Source of the DNA: Podarcis bocagei
Taxonomy: Eukaryota
Assembly: GCA_964188305.1 (NCBI GenBank)
Contig: OZ076895.1
Length of the DNA: 64,000 bases
Reading direction: 5' to 3' (one strand)
Shown here: one piece after another, positions 63,801-64,000 of the stretch
Layout of the letters: every line of letters begins with the position of its first letter
How positions within the stretch are numbered: position 1 is the stretch's first letter
Position numbers and translations under genes: made by a program
Notes under the pieces: model-generated
The model's database searches: none
What the model was told of the DNA's origin: nothing
Seen by the model: only the letters and a program-made list of their open reading frames with translations

Positions 63801-64000
63801 TTTAAATGAACTTATTTGTTTCATGAAGATTTGCGGAAAGGAATGGGATAGATCCTCTGGGTAGCAAGAAGGGCTCATCATGAAGTGTGGTGCTTCCTGG
63901 AGAAGTCACAGGGCAATCATAGAAGCACATACACTGAACCTCCCACCAAAGTATAAGAACTGACTTATATCAAAGTTGGGTCATAGACTCATTTAGCTCA

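Larger units (their letters stand above)
50254..64000 (-). other. EXOC4: EXOC4 intron upstream of the exon (continues beyond the window end)
   Basis: The AG acceptor is at 50255-50254; no preceding EXOC4 exon was recognised. Confidence 0.78.

Overview
Vertebrate genomic DNA, very likely from a lacertid lizard (Sauria SINEs with ACCTTT tails, Bov-B LINEs, tRNA-Ile/CR1-tail SINEs and squamate-type MITEs). The only host coding sequence I can support is one 97-bp internal exon of EXOC4 (Sec8, exocyst) on the minus strand at 50157-50253; it is missing from the ORF track. The rest is read as the two very large flanking EXOC4 introns. They contain retroelement fragments (Bov-B, other RTE, L1-clade, CR1, L2, SINEs, probable solo LTRs), hAT and Tc1/mariner MITEs, microsatellites and several repeat-free blocks that look like enhancers. 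The most unusual structure is a 1.49-kb Tc1/mariner-type non-autonomous element (31032-32519) built almost entirely of GC-rich hairpin modules. It holds an ~89-bp array and a 109-bp array with a strictly alternating variant (218-bp higher-order repeat). Two short relatives in the window carry only one or two hairpins. Also notable are a dense MEIS/posterior-HOX motif cluster at 45270-45790 and an unexplained 64-bp inverted repeat pair at 1012-1637. Most ORF-track entries are spurious or TE-derived. Family names come from motif recognition, not database searches.
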